A stretch of DNA of 64,000 bases from an uncultured delta proteobacterium (lineage in GTDB: Bacteria > Myxococcota_A > Polyangia > Fen-1088): assembly GCA_963796685.1 (NCBI GenBank), contig CAWCMR010000025.1, positions 512,001 through 576,000 on the forward strand, read 5' to 3'. The notes below the pieces were generated by a model. It saw only the letters and a list, made by a program, of their open reading frames with translations. It did not search any database and was not told where the DNA came from. Of the stretch, positions 12,804-22,830 are shown one piece after another (position 1 is the first letter of the stretch; every line of letters begins with the position of its first letter). A program made the position numbers and the translations under genes.

Positions 12804-14000
12804 TTACGGGGCAGAAAGGATGCGCTGCCGCTCGGCGCGGGCGCTCTCGTTGAGCGGCCCGCCCGGGTAACGCGCGATCAGGTCGTCCAGCCTGCGCAAC
12901 GCCAGGTCGTGTTGTCCCTGGCGCTCGGCGTCCAGGGCGGACGTGAAGAGATCGTTTTCCTCCGCCAATCGCGAGATGGGGGCGGGCTGGGCCGGTTTCG
13001 CACTGAGAGCCGGCGCCGCGCCCGGAGCGGGCAGCGACTCGCCGGGTCCAGGGGCTGGCGGGGCAACTGCGGCGGCGGGCGGCGCGAGCGGCGACTCGTT
13101 GGGTTCGAGGATCCGCGAGACCCTGCCGGCTACCCTGACCGCGGTAGGTTTGTGCGTCTCGGATCGAACGGACGCTGACTCTGGACCGGGCACCAACGCA
13201 GGGGCGGCGGTTTCGGCCGCGGATTCCTCCGCCTTGCCCAACTCCAGGCAAGGCGTGGACCAGCTTTCGCCCGGATAGAGCACGACTTGCCTGTCTTCCG
13301 AACGCACCCACACCGCGCCCTCGCTGACGTGCACGCTGGACTGGCTGGTGCTGCCTCGGCACCGCTCCGGCGAGCTTTCCACCGTCACCGTGAACACCGT
13401 TCCGCGCACCTCGACTTCGCTGTCGGGCGTGCTGACCACGAAGCGTTCACCCCGCAGAAGCTTCGTCACGTGCGCATGCAGGCTGCCGTGGAAGAGAGAG
13501 AAGCGTCGCATGGAACCGAGATTGTCGACGCGCAGATTCGCCGAAGAAGAAAGCGTGATGCGGGTTCCGTTGGCGAACCCGAGGATGGCGCTACCATCCT
13601 TGCTGGACCGCACGCTGTCACCCGCGCCGAGGACGCCGAGAACCGGCAAGGGCTGCATGGAGGCCGCACGCACGAGCTGGTTTCCTTGCCCGGTGGTTTG
13701 CTCGACCACCAACTCCAAGCCGGATCCCGGCTTGACTCCGGACAAGCCGCCGCTGCCCATCAGGCGCGGAACCACGAGCGCCAAAGCCGCAGCGGAGAGC
13801 GTCAACGCTGTCCCGATTGCCATGCGCCGACGTCGCGCCTTGGCCGCGATGGCCAGGGCCATGGCGGCGACCACCGCGTCGCGATGCACATCGCCCCGCG
13901 GAGACGGACTCTCCGGCTGCGCTTCCAAGCCTTGTGCGCCCCGCGCTCCGCGCAGCACGCGTGCGGCCAGGCGCGCGTATCGTTCCTCACCCTCAATCAT
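12804..14000 (-). CDS. FecR-domain anti-sigma factor with Pro/Ala linker and C-terminal TPR-like helices
   Basis: One TM after RRRR; FVVSTPDSEVEVRGTVFTV..VSEGAVWV FecR motif; tail LAEENDLF..RYPGGPL. Confidence 0.85.
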   Translation of the reverse strand: MIEGEERYARLAARVLRGARGAQGLEAQPESPSPRGDVHRDAVVAAMALAIAAKARRRRMAIGTALTLSAAALALVVPRLMGSGGLSGVKPGSGLELVVEQTTGQGNQLVRAASMQPLPVLGVLGAGDSVRSSKDGSAILGFANGTRITLSSSANLRVDNLGSMRRFSLFHGSLHAHVTKLLRGERFVVSTPDSEVEVRGTVFTVTVESSPERCRGSTSQSSVHVSEGAVWVRSEDRQVVLYPGESWSTPCLELGKAEESAAETAAPALVPGPESASVRSETHKPTAVRVAGRVSRILEPNESPLAPPAAAVAPPAPGPGESLPAPGAAPALSAKPAQPAPISRLAEENDLFTSALDAERQGQHDLALRRLDDLIARYPGGPLNESARAERQRILSAP

Positions 14001-14629
14001 GACTCGTCCTCCAGTCCGTCGATCCCATTTGCAAGCTCGGGATCGCCTGCAATGCGCTCGTGCAGCTCGCGGCGACCACGCACCAGGCGCGATTGCGCTG
14101 CGGCCACGGTCGCGCCGGTGATGCTTGCCACCTCCTCGAGCGAATAGCCGTGCACGTCATGAAGCAGGAAGGTCCACGCGCGCTCGTGCACCATCTGCGA
14201 AAGATGCTGCATCACGCGTTCGACCATACCGCGCAAGACCGGACGTTGGTGCTCGATTTGAGGCACGTCCTCCGGTGCGAGCTCGCGGGCAAAAATGCTT
14301 CGTTCCAAACCGCGGCGTCGAATGTGCTTGTAGACGGTGTTGGCCGCGATGGTGGAAGCCCAGGTGTCGAGCGAGCACTCCCCGCGGTAGCGATCGAGCG
14401 AGTGCAAGAGCTCGATCATCGCGATCTGAACGAGGTCGTCGAAGTCGCTGTCGGAGGCGCCGAGAAGGCGGTGCACAGCGCGCCCGACCGCCGGGCGCGT
14501 GCGATCGTAGAACGAACCCGCCATGGCGGAATTGCCGCTTCGGACGGCCGCCACCAGCCGTGCATCATCGGGAGGCGCGGCAGAACCCGCCAGGGATTCC
14601 CCACCCTTGACCAACCGCAGCTTTGGCAT
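13997..14629 (-). CDS. ECF RNA polymerase sigma factor
   Basis: Region 2 (DDLVQIAM..YRGECSLDTW) and region 4 (LHDVHGYSLEEVA..QSRLVRGR); ATGA coupling to FecR gene. Confidence 0.92.
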   Translation of the reverse strand: MPKLRLVKGGESLAGSAAPPDDARLVAAVRSGNSAMAGSFYDRTRPAVGRAVHRLLGASDSDFDDLVQIAMIELLHSLDRYRGECSLDTWASTIAANTVYKHIRRRGLERSIFARELAPEDVPQIEHQRPVLRGMVERVMQHLSQMVHERAWTFLLHDVHGYSLEEVASITGATVAAAQSRLVRGRRELHERIAGDPELANGIDGLEDES

Positions 14630-14683
14630 TCTATCGGTCACACCTCCCTTGTACCGCCGCCGGCCCAAAGACAGGCCGGCCCG

Positions 14684-15607
14684 TCATAACGCAAACTCAA
14701 GGCCCAGTGCAAAACCCGGTCGCCAGCGCGAGAAGGTGTGCTGCGTCTGACCCGAATCTTCACCCATGGTCACGCTCAAGGTGCCCGAAGTGGCGCGCAG
14801 GTCCGCTTCGCCGACGATGCGCAGGGTGCGCCAAACCGTGAACCGACCGCCAAGGCTTGGACCCAACACGACGCTCCATTCAGAGGCGCTGCGCGCATAA
14901 TCGGACGTACCCGACGCCGACTCGCGCAGCACGCCCAGCACCAACCCGACGCCCAGCGCGTGACGGCCGCGCGCGGAACGGAGGAAATCCCAGAAGAGGC
15001 CCAGGTCGGCCCCGATGCCGGAATACTGGTCGGCGGATCCGAAGAGCGCCGTGCCCGAGGCCCGCAGGCGGACCGCCTCGGCAAGCCCGAAGGCATAGGT
15101 CAGCGCGGGCCCCATGGCCCAGTTGCCCGACCGCGCGCGCTCGCTGGCGAACATTCCGCCCAGCACCAGGCGCGACGGTGGCTCGGAGCCCGAGGCGGTT
15201 TTGCCCTCGATGGTTGGGGCGGCAGCAAGCGCGGATGCGGGCGACTCTCGAAGTAGCTCGGCCACGACCAGCCCCATCGCTCGACCTCGCTCGGCCGCGC
15301 TGTCTTGCGGGGAAAACGCGAGAGCCCGGCTCTTGCGAAAGCCCACCGCGCCCTCGGCCGAGGCCGGCGAGAACAGCTCGATACTGGCCGTGTTCTTGTC
15401 CTTCCACGCCATGCGAACCACGAAGCGGGCGCGCATGGGCGCCTTGTCGCCCTGCCACATGGACGGCGTGACCAGGGTGTCGGGCGCGATGGCCATGGAC
15501 ACCTCGCCCAGCTCGTGCCGCAGCGAGGCCGTCACGGCGGCGGCAGTGGCGCCACTTGCATCCGCTGGCGGAAGCAACACGAGAAGGAAGAGGCTTGCAA
15601 GCTCCAT
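14684..15607 (-). CDS. Secreted protein with probable C-terminal beta-barrel
   Basis: Signal peptide, short alpha/beta domain (ERGRAMGLVVAELL), alternating beta strands, ends GFALGLEFAL. Confidence 0.7.
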   Translation of the reverse strand: MELASLFLLVLLPPADASGATAAAVTASLRHELGEVSMAIAPDTLVTPSMWQGDKAPMRARFVVRMAWKDKNTASIELFSPASAEGAVGFRKSRALAFSPQDSAAERGRAMGLVVAELLRESPASALAAAPTIEGKTASGSEPPSRLVLGGMFASERARSGNWAMGPALTYAFGLAEAVRLRASGTALFGSADQYSGIGADLGLFWDFLRSARGRHALGVGLVLGVLRESASGTSDYARSASEWSVVLGPSLGGRFTVWRTLRIVGEADLRATSGTLSVTMGEDSGQTQHTFSRWRPGFALGLEFAL

Positions 15608-15686
15608 GGTGGGACGTATCGGACCTCTTTAGTCTTGGCGCAACCAGTGACTTTGGCAAGCCCGCTTGGCGCCAAGAGTCGATCCG

Positions 15687-16068
15687 CTAGGTGGATCCGA
15701 AACGCGCGAGGAGGCTGTCGAGGTCGAGGCGCAGCAGGCCCTCGGCGAAGCGAGTGCTGGCACCGGCTTTCTCGGCGTGGGCGGCGGCGGCCTCCTGGGC
15801 GTGGACCAGGGCGGCGTCGTGCCGCTCGCGGTAGGTGGAAAGCTCGACCTCGGGGTCGGGCGTGTGGCGCAGCACGAACGCGGCGACGTCGCCTAGGCTG
15901 GTCAGCGCCTCGTAGGCGGCGCGGATGCGCTTGAAGCCTTCTTGATCCCGGTGGGGCGGGTGCTTGATCAGAAGAGCGAAGTAGGCGCGCTTGATGGCGG
16001 CGAGATCCGAAGGTGGGACAGAGCCCCAGCACCGTGAACGGCGATTCGTCGCTGTCGTTCCAGCTCAT
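15687..16068 (-). CDS. Small J-domain protein with HPP in place of HPD (frameshift near 16010)
   Basis: Joined frames read SPFTVLGLCPT-DLAAIKRAYFALLIKHPPHRDQEGFKRIRAAYEAL. Confidence 0.8.
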
Positions 16069-18087
16069 GGTTTCCTCGGTTCGATGGGCAGGTCAAGCTG
16101 CTCGGCGGGTTGGCGGGCCCGTGGCTTCTTCTGCCTGGGCTTGCGGGGCGTCCGCGGCTTGCTCCGCTTCTTGGTACCGAAGCCCAGCACGAAGCCGGCG
16201 ATCTTCGCCGCCAGCTTGTCGTCGGCGCCGAGCTCGGGCCTGACCTCGGCCGCCCGCGCTTCGCCCGGGTGCAGGACAACGCGTTCGTAGGCACGGGCCA
16301 ACTCGAGCATGAAGCGAAGAGGAGCCTGTGTGCGGTTGCCCCAAATCAGCGTGCGCACCAGGGCCGGGCGGTCGTTTCCATAGTGCCGCACGAGGTGGCG
16401 CTCGATCTCCTGCAGCAACGGCTGCACGGCCGCGGTCTCGCACTCGCGCAGCTCCTCGATGATCTTCGAGCCAGGCGCCGATGTCGGTACGCTGACCGAC
16501 GCAGGCGCGAGCCAGGTCGAAATGCCGCGCGGGCTCTTTGCTGTCGAAGATCGCGAAAGGCAGCAGGCGCACGTTGAAAGGCAACGCGCGCGGTCCCAGT
16601 CGGCGCCACACCTTGAGCCCGTCCGCCGCGATGTAGGGCAGACCGGGATCCGCGACTTGAGCGGCCATCGCCGCGCGTTCGAGGTAGCCGCGATCGGCAG
16701 AATAGGGATTGGCCATCAGGCGCTCGAGGCTCGCATCTTCCGCGTCCAAGATAAGCTGGTCGAGCGGTAGGGCGAGATCGCGCCGAACCTCGTCGGCGGC
16801 GTCCTTCCAGGCCACATCGATCAGATCCACGATGAGGGTGTGCGGCAGGCACCAGACCAGCGCGTCTACCAGCCGAGCCCGGGCCCAGCCTTCGAGACCT
16901 TTGAGGTAGGCCGCCAGCTCGTCGCCGCGCTGGCACGCCTGCCGTGAGACCGAGAGCAGCCAGGCGGGCGCCGGCCTTCGTTCCCGTTCCTCGTCGTGAG
17001 CCGTCGGGCGAAAACTGTGCAAGGCCAGCGCCCGCGCCCACAGGGGAAAGAACTGGCCAGCCGGCAACTCCGACGCGCTGGCGAGCGCCTGCTGGCAGAG
17101 CAGAAGGGCCAGGGACGCAAGCGCCGGGACCTTGGCAAAGTCGGCCACGATCGTCTCGGCGACCGGCGCAAAGGTCGGAATGCGCGCCAGCGCGGCCACG
17201 AGGCCGAGCAAGGCCTCGCGCTCGTCCCGGCTCGCGGATTCCGCTGCCACCTTGCAGACCAGGAATCGGGCCGCGAGCAGGATCTCGTTGGCCGAGTCGG
17301 CGGGATTGGATGCGCCCTGCACCACACGGGCGAGGAGCTGGGCGGCTTCCCCGATGCGATCGCCCTCGGACGCGCGCAGGAGCAGCTCGCGCGTTGCGAG
17401 GCTGGCCGCCAGTCGGCGCACGGACGTCGCGACCTCGGGCGTCACCTTGGCTTGCCAAACGAGCAGGATGTCGCCGGCTTGGCGGAGAGGCCACGCGGCG
17501 AACAGTAGGTGGATGGCATCGGAAACGGCGTCGACGGTCTCCGGCGGCGCGGGCGGCGCTTTCGAAACACGCGCCATGGGCTCGATGCCGAGGCGCGGGT
17601 CGACCACCGCGGGCTCGGGCAACCGGGCGAGATCCAACCCCGCGAGCGCGCCAGCGTCGACCTGGCCCTGGCCAGCCACCCAGGCGGCGACGGCCGCCTG
17701 CAGGGCCGGCGCACGCGCGGCGACCAAGTCGGCCAGCGACAACCACATGCGCTGGGCGCGGACGAAGTCGCGCGCGTGCATGCAGGCCAGCAAGAGCGGC
17801 CAGCGGGCGCGTGCAGCCGCGGCGTCGTCCGCGCCGTGCGTGAGCAAGCGTGGCTCTTGCTCCGCGCGCGCCGCCAGGGTGTGCAGCCGTCCCCAGGCCG
17901 ACTGGCGATGCAGCTCGGGTAGCATGTCCCGGACGAGGAATGCGCTGCGGCCGAGCAGCGGCTCGCGTTCGGCCTTGTCGAGGCCGAAGAGCACGGCCAC
18001 CGCGCCTTCCACATCGCGACGAGCGACGGCCTTGTCGAGCTGCGCTTCCGCTCGCCGCAGGGCCTTGTCCTGGCTGCCGTGCCCCAT
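16065..18087 (-). CDS. Large alpha-helical hypothetical protein, about 670 aa (frameshift near 16463)
   Basis: ORF from 18087 continues GAWLE-IIEELRECETAAVQPLLQEIER into ORF 16065..16427; ATGA overlap with the J-domain gene. Confidence 0.72.
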
Positions 18088-18093
18088 CGCTGG

Positions 18094-19843
18094 TCAGGTT
18101 GGCTCGGGGTCGAGCTCGTCCATGCCGCCCTCGTCATGGTCGAGGAACAGATCGAGCATCTCATCTTCGATGGTGGCGCAAGCCTCCTCGTCGCTGGCGG
18201 TTTCCAGCTTGGTCAGCAAGGCCTGCATCTTGGTTCGATCGCCGGGGGCGAGATTGGCGAGCAGGGCGCGCGCCTTGCGCGCCACCGGGCTTTCGGGGCG
18301 ATCGGTGTCGGGCGTGGTCGCTTTCGGCTTGGCCCCCTTGCCGCGCGCCGCCTGGGCCTTCTTGCCGGCGTCGGCGACCTTCAAGGCCACGGTCTTGGCG
18401 TTGTTCTTTCCGGGCTGCGACACCTCGACGCGAATGATGCCGTTGAGGTCGTAGTTGAACTGAAATCTCACCGGCGAGTGCGCGGGCACGTGTGCGAGGT
18501 CGAAGAAGAACGAGCCGACCCGCGTGTTCTGCGAGCACCGCCGCGTCTCGCCCTGGAACACCTCAACCTCGATGCGCTCTTGGCCGTCGTACATCGTGTA
18601 GCAGCTCCTCGGTGCGCTGGCCGGGTAGCACGGTGTTGCGCTTGAGCACGGGGGCGAAGGTGTCCGGCTCCTCGTCGAGCGTATCCTCGTGACCGACCAC
18701 GCGCACCCCCAGCGTGTGCGCCGCCACGTCGACCAGGATGCGTTCGACAGCAGCGCCGCGCAGCAGCCCGGCCTGGACCGAAGCGCCGAGACCGACCGCC
18801 AGATCGGGATCGACGTCCTCGTGAATTTCGGCCCCGAAGGCCTCTTCGAGCATGGCCCGCACGAGCGGGATGCGGGTCGAGCCCCCGACCAGGCACAGAC
18901 GGCTCACCTGATCGGACTCGACCTTGGCGTCCTCGAGTGCCTTGCGCGAAAGCTCGATGGTGCTCCTGAGCAGGGGCTCGATGAGCGCCTCGAATTCCCG
19001 GCGCGTAATCACCAGCTCCAGGTGAATCGGCTTGCCTGCCACACTCGCCAGGAACTCCTCCTTCACGGCGACCTCGGTGGCGAGCGAGAGCTTGATCTTG
19101 GTGTCCTCGGCCAGCCGGCGCAGCTTGGCCATGGCGCGCGGATCGTCACGTGGATCGAGAGCATGCTGGGCCTTCAGGTGATCGAGAAAGACCTGCAAGA
19201 CCCGATCGTCGAAATCGTCACCGCCGAGCGCGGTGTTGCCCGCGGTGCTGCGCACCTCGCGCACGGGGCCGCTCACGTCGAGCACGGAAACGTCGAAGGT
19301 GCCACCCCCGAGGTCGTAGATGACCACCACCTCGGCATCGGCGGAGAGTCGCGCGTCGCCCACCTGGTCGTAGACCAGGGAGGCGCTGGTCGGCTCGTTG
19401 AGCAGGCGCAAGACGTGCAGCCCGGCCAGATCGCCCGCACGCAAAGTGGCGCGCCGCTGGGCATCGTCGAAATAGGCCGGCACGGTCACGATGACGTCGG
19501 AAATGGTCTGTCCGAGCGTCTTCTCCGCACCGCGTTTGAGGGCCGAGAGAATCTCCGCCGAAACCTCCTCGGGCGCAAGCTCGCGACCGTCGATCTCGTA
19601 GCGATGGCTTTGCCCCATCTTGCGCTTGACCGAGCGAACCGTGCGTTCGGGCTCGGACAGCTCGAGGTTGCGGGCTTCCCGGCCGACGCGAAAGGAACCG
19701 GTCTTGTCGAGATGAACCACCGAGGGGACGATCGCGTCGCCATCGATGGCGATGGGCACGGGGCGTCCGTCCTTGAGATAGGAGATGACCGAATTGGTCG
19801 TTCCCAGATCGATTCCCACGTGAAGATCGGATGGCTGTTTCAT
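18094..19843 (-). CDS. Hsp70-family chaperone, specialised paralog (frameshift near 18601)
   Basis: [44 protein letters not shown]; substrate-binding domain resumes [25 protein letters not shown] in the next frame. Confidence 0.93.
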
Positions 19844-20391
19844 GTTGACCTCGTACTGACGATGACTTCGCCTTCGCGGACCACTTCGCCCTGGCGCAAC
19901 ACCGCGGCCCGCGACATGCCGACGATGATGCCGGGCAACTGCGCCGCCCGGATCTCTGTTCCCACCACGCGGAAGCGACGTGCGTCGACAGGTTGCCCGA
20001 CCGCCGTATCGCGCTGGAAGCCGGAGCGGACGAGAAAGCTGGTCAGGCGCTCGAGCACCACGTTCAGCCCCCGCGCATATTCGGGGCTCGGGGCAAGTCG
20101 CACGGCCTCATCGAGCGCGTCCATGGCGTCGAAGCAGTCGTCGAAACGCAGACCGCCACCATTCGCCGTTGCAGCCGTCGCCAGCGAAGCGCGCAAATCG
20201 GTAAAGCCCGCCTCGAGCTTGGACTCGATGCCCTCGATCCGCAGGCCCTGGCGCGACTGCGCCCGCGCGACCTTTTGCACGAGCGACGCGAGCGCCGCGA
20301 TGGTGTCCTCGGCAGCGGCGGAGGGGACCTCGCTCTCGATGTCCTCGTCTACAAGCGGACGGCCGCCAAACCATCGCGAGAACCATGACAT
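19840..20391 (-). CDS. GrpE-like nucleotide exchange factor
   Basis: Coiled coil, DAMDALDEA, VGQPVD, VVREGEVIV; ATGA overlap with Hsp70. Confidence 0.82.
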   Translation of the reverse strand: MSWFSRWFGGRPLVDEDIESEVPSAAAEDTIAALASLVQKVARAQSRQGLRIEGIESKLEAGFTDLRASLATAATANGGGLRFDDCFDAMDALDEAVRLAPSPEYARGLNVVLERLTSFLVRSGFQRDTAVGQPVDARRFRVVGTEIRAAQLPGIIVGMSRAAVLRQGEVVREGEVIVSTRST

Positions 20392-20651
20392 CGCGATGAC
20401 CTACCATGGAGCATCCCGATGATTCAACCGCGCCGCTGCGGCCGTAATCCTGCGACAAGCGCAGCGACGTCGCGGGGCGCCGGGCTGAAGGCCCCATTCC
20501 AAGGCTAAGTCCCTCGCCTGGCAGGGCGGCGAAGGGAGGTCGTGGCCGTAGACCTCACCGTGGCCGTGGCCGGACATTTTGGACGCTGCGGCCATTGGAA
20601 AATCAGCCAGACGCTGGCGGCTGGCAGACCAGGGGCTTAGGAGCGGCTTGC

Positions 20652-20745
20652 GACCACCGACTCCAGAATCCAGGCCAAGTGCCTTGTGGACCTCGATCGC
20701 AGCGCCGATGACACCGCCGGTCAGTTCCTCATGCTCGAGTCCCCT
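20652..20745 (-). pseudogene. GxxExxY-family protein N-terminal remnant
   Basis: GLEHEELTGGVIGAAIEVHKALG followed by ggcctggattctggagtcggtg, i.e. GPGFLESV with two missing bases; similarity then ends. Confidence 0.8.
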
Positions 20746-20824
20746 CTGCTTGTCCTATTGGGAGTACTGCTTGTTCTCTTTCTTCCTGCTTTCCTGGCTT
20801 CCTTAGCTTAGACGGCGCGGACCT

Positions 20825-22828
20825 TCAGTAGGCCACGAATTCGTCGGCGACCAGGGCGCCTTCGCTGGAATCGTCTTCGAGCTCCAGCTCCACGGTCTGG
20901 CCGACCCACTCGCTGGTGTTCCACTCCACCTGCCGCGCGACTCCTGATGGGCTGGCGCTGGCGAGGATTGTCTCGCCCTGGCGCAAGGACACGCGCAACC
21001 CGCCGACGGGCGACCCTGCCAGGACGAAACGCAGGTGGGCGGCGTCGACGACAAAGGGCTGCGAGCGCAAAACGCCGTGTGCCTGCACCGATCCTCGCCC
21101 CGAATCCGCGGCATAGCGGCCGAACATGCCGATGGCGGCGGGTGCCGGAGCCGCGCCGAAGGCCGTGCCAAGGACGGTAAACCCGGCGAAATTTCCGCTC
21201 TCGAAATCGAAGAGGCACCGTCCGCCCAAGGGAATGGGCGGTGGGTCGCGGGTGGGCACGAGCAGGGTGCGCGGCGAGGTTTGCGCGCCGGCAAACATGC
21301 GGACCGAATCCACGCCCTCCACGAAATCGTGAATGGCGTGGTAGCGGCGATCCAGGTTCGGCCACTCGCCCGGGTAGGATTTCCAGTCGAGCACGATAGC
21401 GGCGAAGCGCTGCTCGGCGATGGCCTGGTCGAGCCCCCTCGGGCGACCGAGCGCGGCCTCGACATCGTGCACGCCCATGCGGTGAACGAAGGGACGCTTG
21501 CCGGCGAGGACGGCGTAGTAGGGGTGGAAGGGGATGAACAGCGGCTCGGGCAAGGCGCGCAGCTCTTCGAGCAGCCGACCGGCGGCCACCCGATCCTGGG
21601 CGCTCGGCACCGCGCTGGCGAGGGACGTCAGGGCGTGGCTCGGGCGCGGCCAGGGGGTGAAGATCGGCGCCTTGTCCCGGCCACGCACCGGCTTCGGGGG
21701 CGCGGTGTGCAGACTTTGCGAGCCGAGCAAGAGCGCCACGGCCGCGGCCACGGTCATCGCCCCCCACCTCCGTCCGGTCAGCGCCACTTCGAGGAGCCGT
21801 GCCGCAAGGACCGCGGTCGCGAAGGCGGGAAAGAAGACCGCCGGAATGAAGGCATTGCTGTCCGCCCACTGGGTGGCGAATCCCACCAAGGCCGTGATCT
21901 CGCCGCACGCAGCGACCAGAAGCAAGATGGCGTCGCTACGGCGCAACCTGCGCGAGAGCGCGAGGCCGGTCACGGCCAGGAGCAGGGCCAAGAAAAGTGG
22001 CCAGGCGAATTGTTGCGTAAACGGCAGGGCGATGTCGGTGACCGCCTCTTTGCGGAAGGCGTGACTCTGGTGCAGCTTGAAGATGTAGGTCCAGAACCAG
22101 CCCCCCGAGGTCTTCACCAGAAGGCCGATGCCAGCGGCAAGGGTCGCCGCCGCCACCGCGCCGTAGACCAACCCGCGGCGGAAATTCGCCACCAGCAAGC
22201 CCAGCCCGAGCCCCAGGCCCACGATGCTGGCGGTCTGTTTGGCAAAGAAGCCGAGCGCGATGAACAGCCCGGCGAGGGCGGCGCTCTTGAGTCCTTGCCC
22301 GCGTAGTGCGAGCCACAGGGCCAGTGCCTCCAAGACCAGCGGCAGCGAGTCGGCGCGAACCAGATCGTAGAAGTAGCCGGTGAAGGCGAAGCTGGCCGCG
22401 ATGGCCCCGGCGCCGCCGATGCCCGCCAAGGCGGCGAGGAGCCTTCGCCGGGGATCCTGCGACTCGCCCTGGCTGGTCACCACCACGAGGGCGAGCGAGC
22501 CGGTGAAGGCCGCGATGGAAACCAGGCGGCCGAGCAGGTAGCCGAGGGGAAAGACGAACGACAGCAGGGCCAGCAGCGCGGGATAAAGCGGCGTGTACAG
22601 AAAGGGAATGAAGTCGAGCGACGGCTCGACGTAGATCCCCTTGCCCTGCGCGATCCGTTGCGCGTGCAACAGCGTGCCGCCCTCCATCCATTCGAGGTCG
22701 AGCGGAAAGGTGGCCCGGCCGGCGAAGAGCCGCGCCTGCCAGCCCAACTGGACCAGCGCGGGCAACGCCGCCACGACCATCGAGGCGACGACCATGCCGA
22801 CGAGAATGTGGTCTCTGCGGAGCTTCAC
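20825..22828 (-). CDS. Multi-pass GT-C-like membrane glycosyltransferase with C-terminal soluble domain
   Basis: LEWMEG, YTPLYP, DLVRADS, FFAKQT, many TMs; C-terminal FDFESG beta domain. Confidence 0.7.
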   Translation of the reverse strand: MKLRRDHILVGMVVASMVVAALPALVQLGWQARLFAGRATFPLDLEWMEGGTLLHAQRIAQGKGIYVEPSLDFIPFLYTPLYPALLALLSFVFPLGYLLGRLVSIAAFTGSLALVVVTSQGESQDPRRRLLAALAGIGGAGAIAASFAFTGYFYDLVRADSLPLVLEALALWLALRGQGLKSAALAGLFIALGFFAKQTASIVGLGLGLGLLVANFRRGLVYGAVAAATLAAGIGLLVKTSGGWFWTYIFKLHQSHAFRKEAVTDIALPFTQQFAWPLFLALLLAVTGLALSRRLRRSDAILLLVAACGEITALVGFATQWADSNAFIPAVFFPAFATAVLAARLLEVALTGRRWGAMTVAAAVALLLGSQSLHTAPPKPVRGRDKAPIFTPWPRPSHALTSLASAVPSAQDRVAAGRLLEELRALPEPLFIPFHPYYAVLAGKRPFVHRMGVHDVEAALGRPRGLDQAIAEQRFAAIVLDWKSYPGEWPNLDRRYHAIHDFVEGVDSVRMFAGAQTSPRTLLVPTRDPPPIPLGGRCLFDFESGNFAGFTVLGTAFGAAPAPAAIGMFGRYAADSGRGSVQAHGVLRSQPFVVDAAHLRFVLAGSPVGGLRVSLRQGETILASASPSGVARQVEWNTSEWVGQTVELELEDDSSEGALVADEFVAY

Positions 22829-22830
22829 GC

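Noticed and set aside
18590-18610. Programmed frameshifting in the Hsp70 operon
   Set aside because: No slippery heptamer; similar indels occur in unrelated genes, favouring sequencing error
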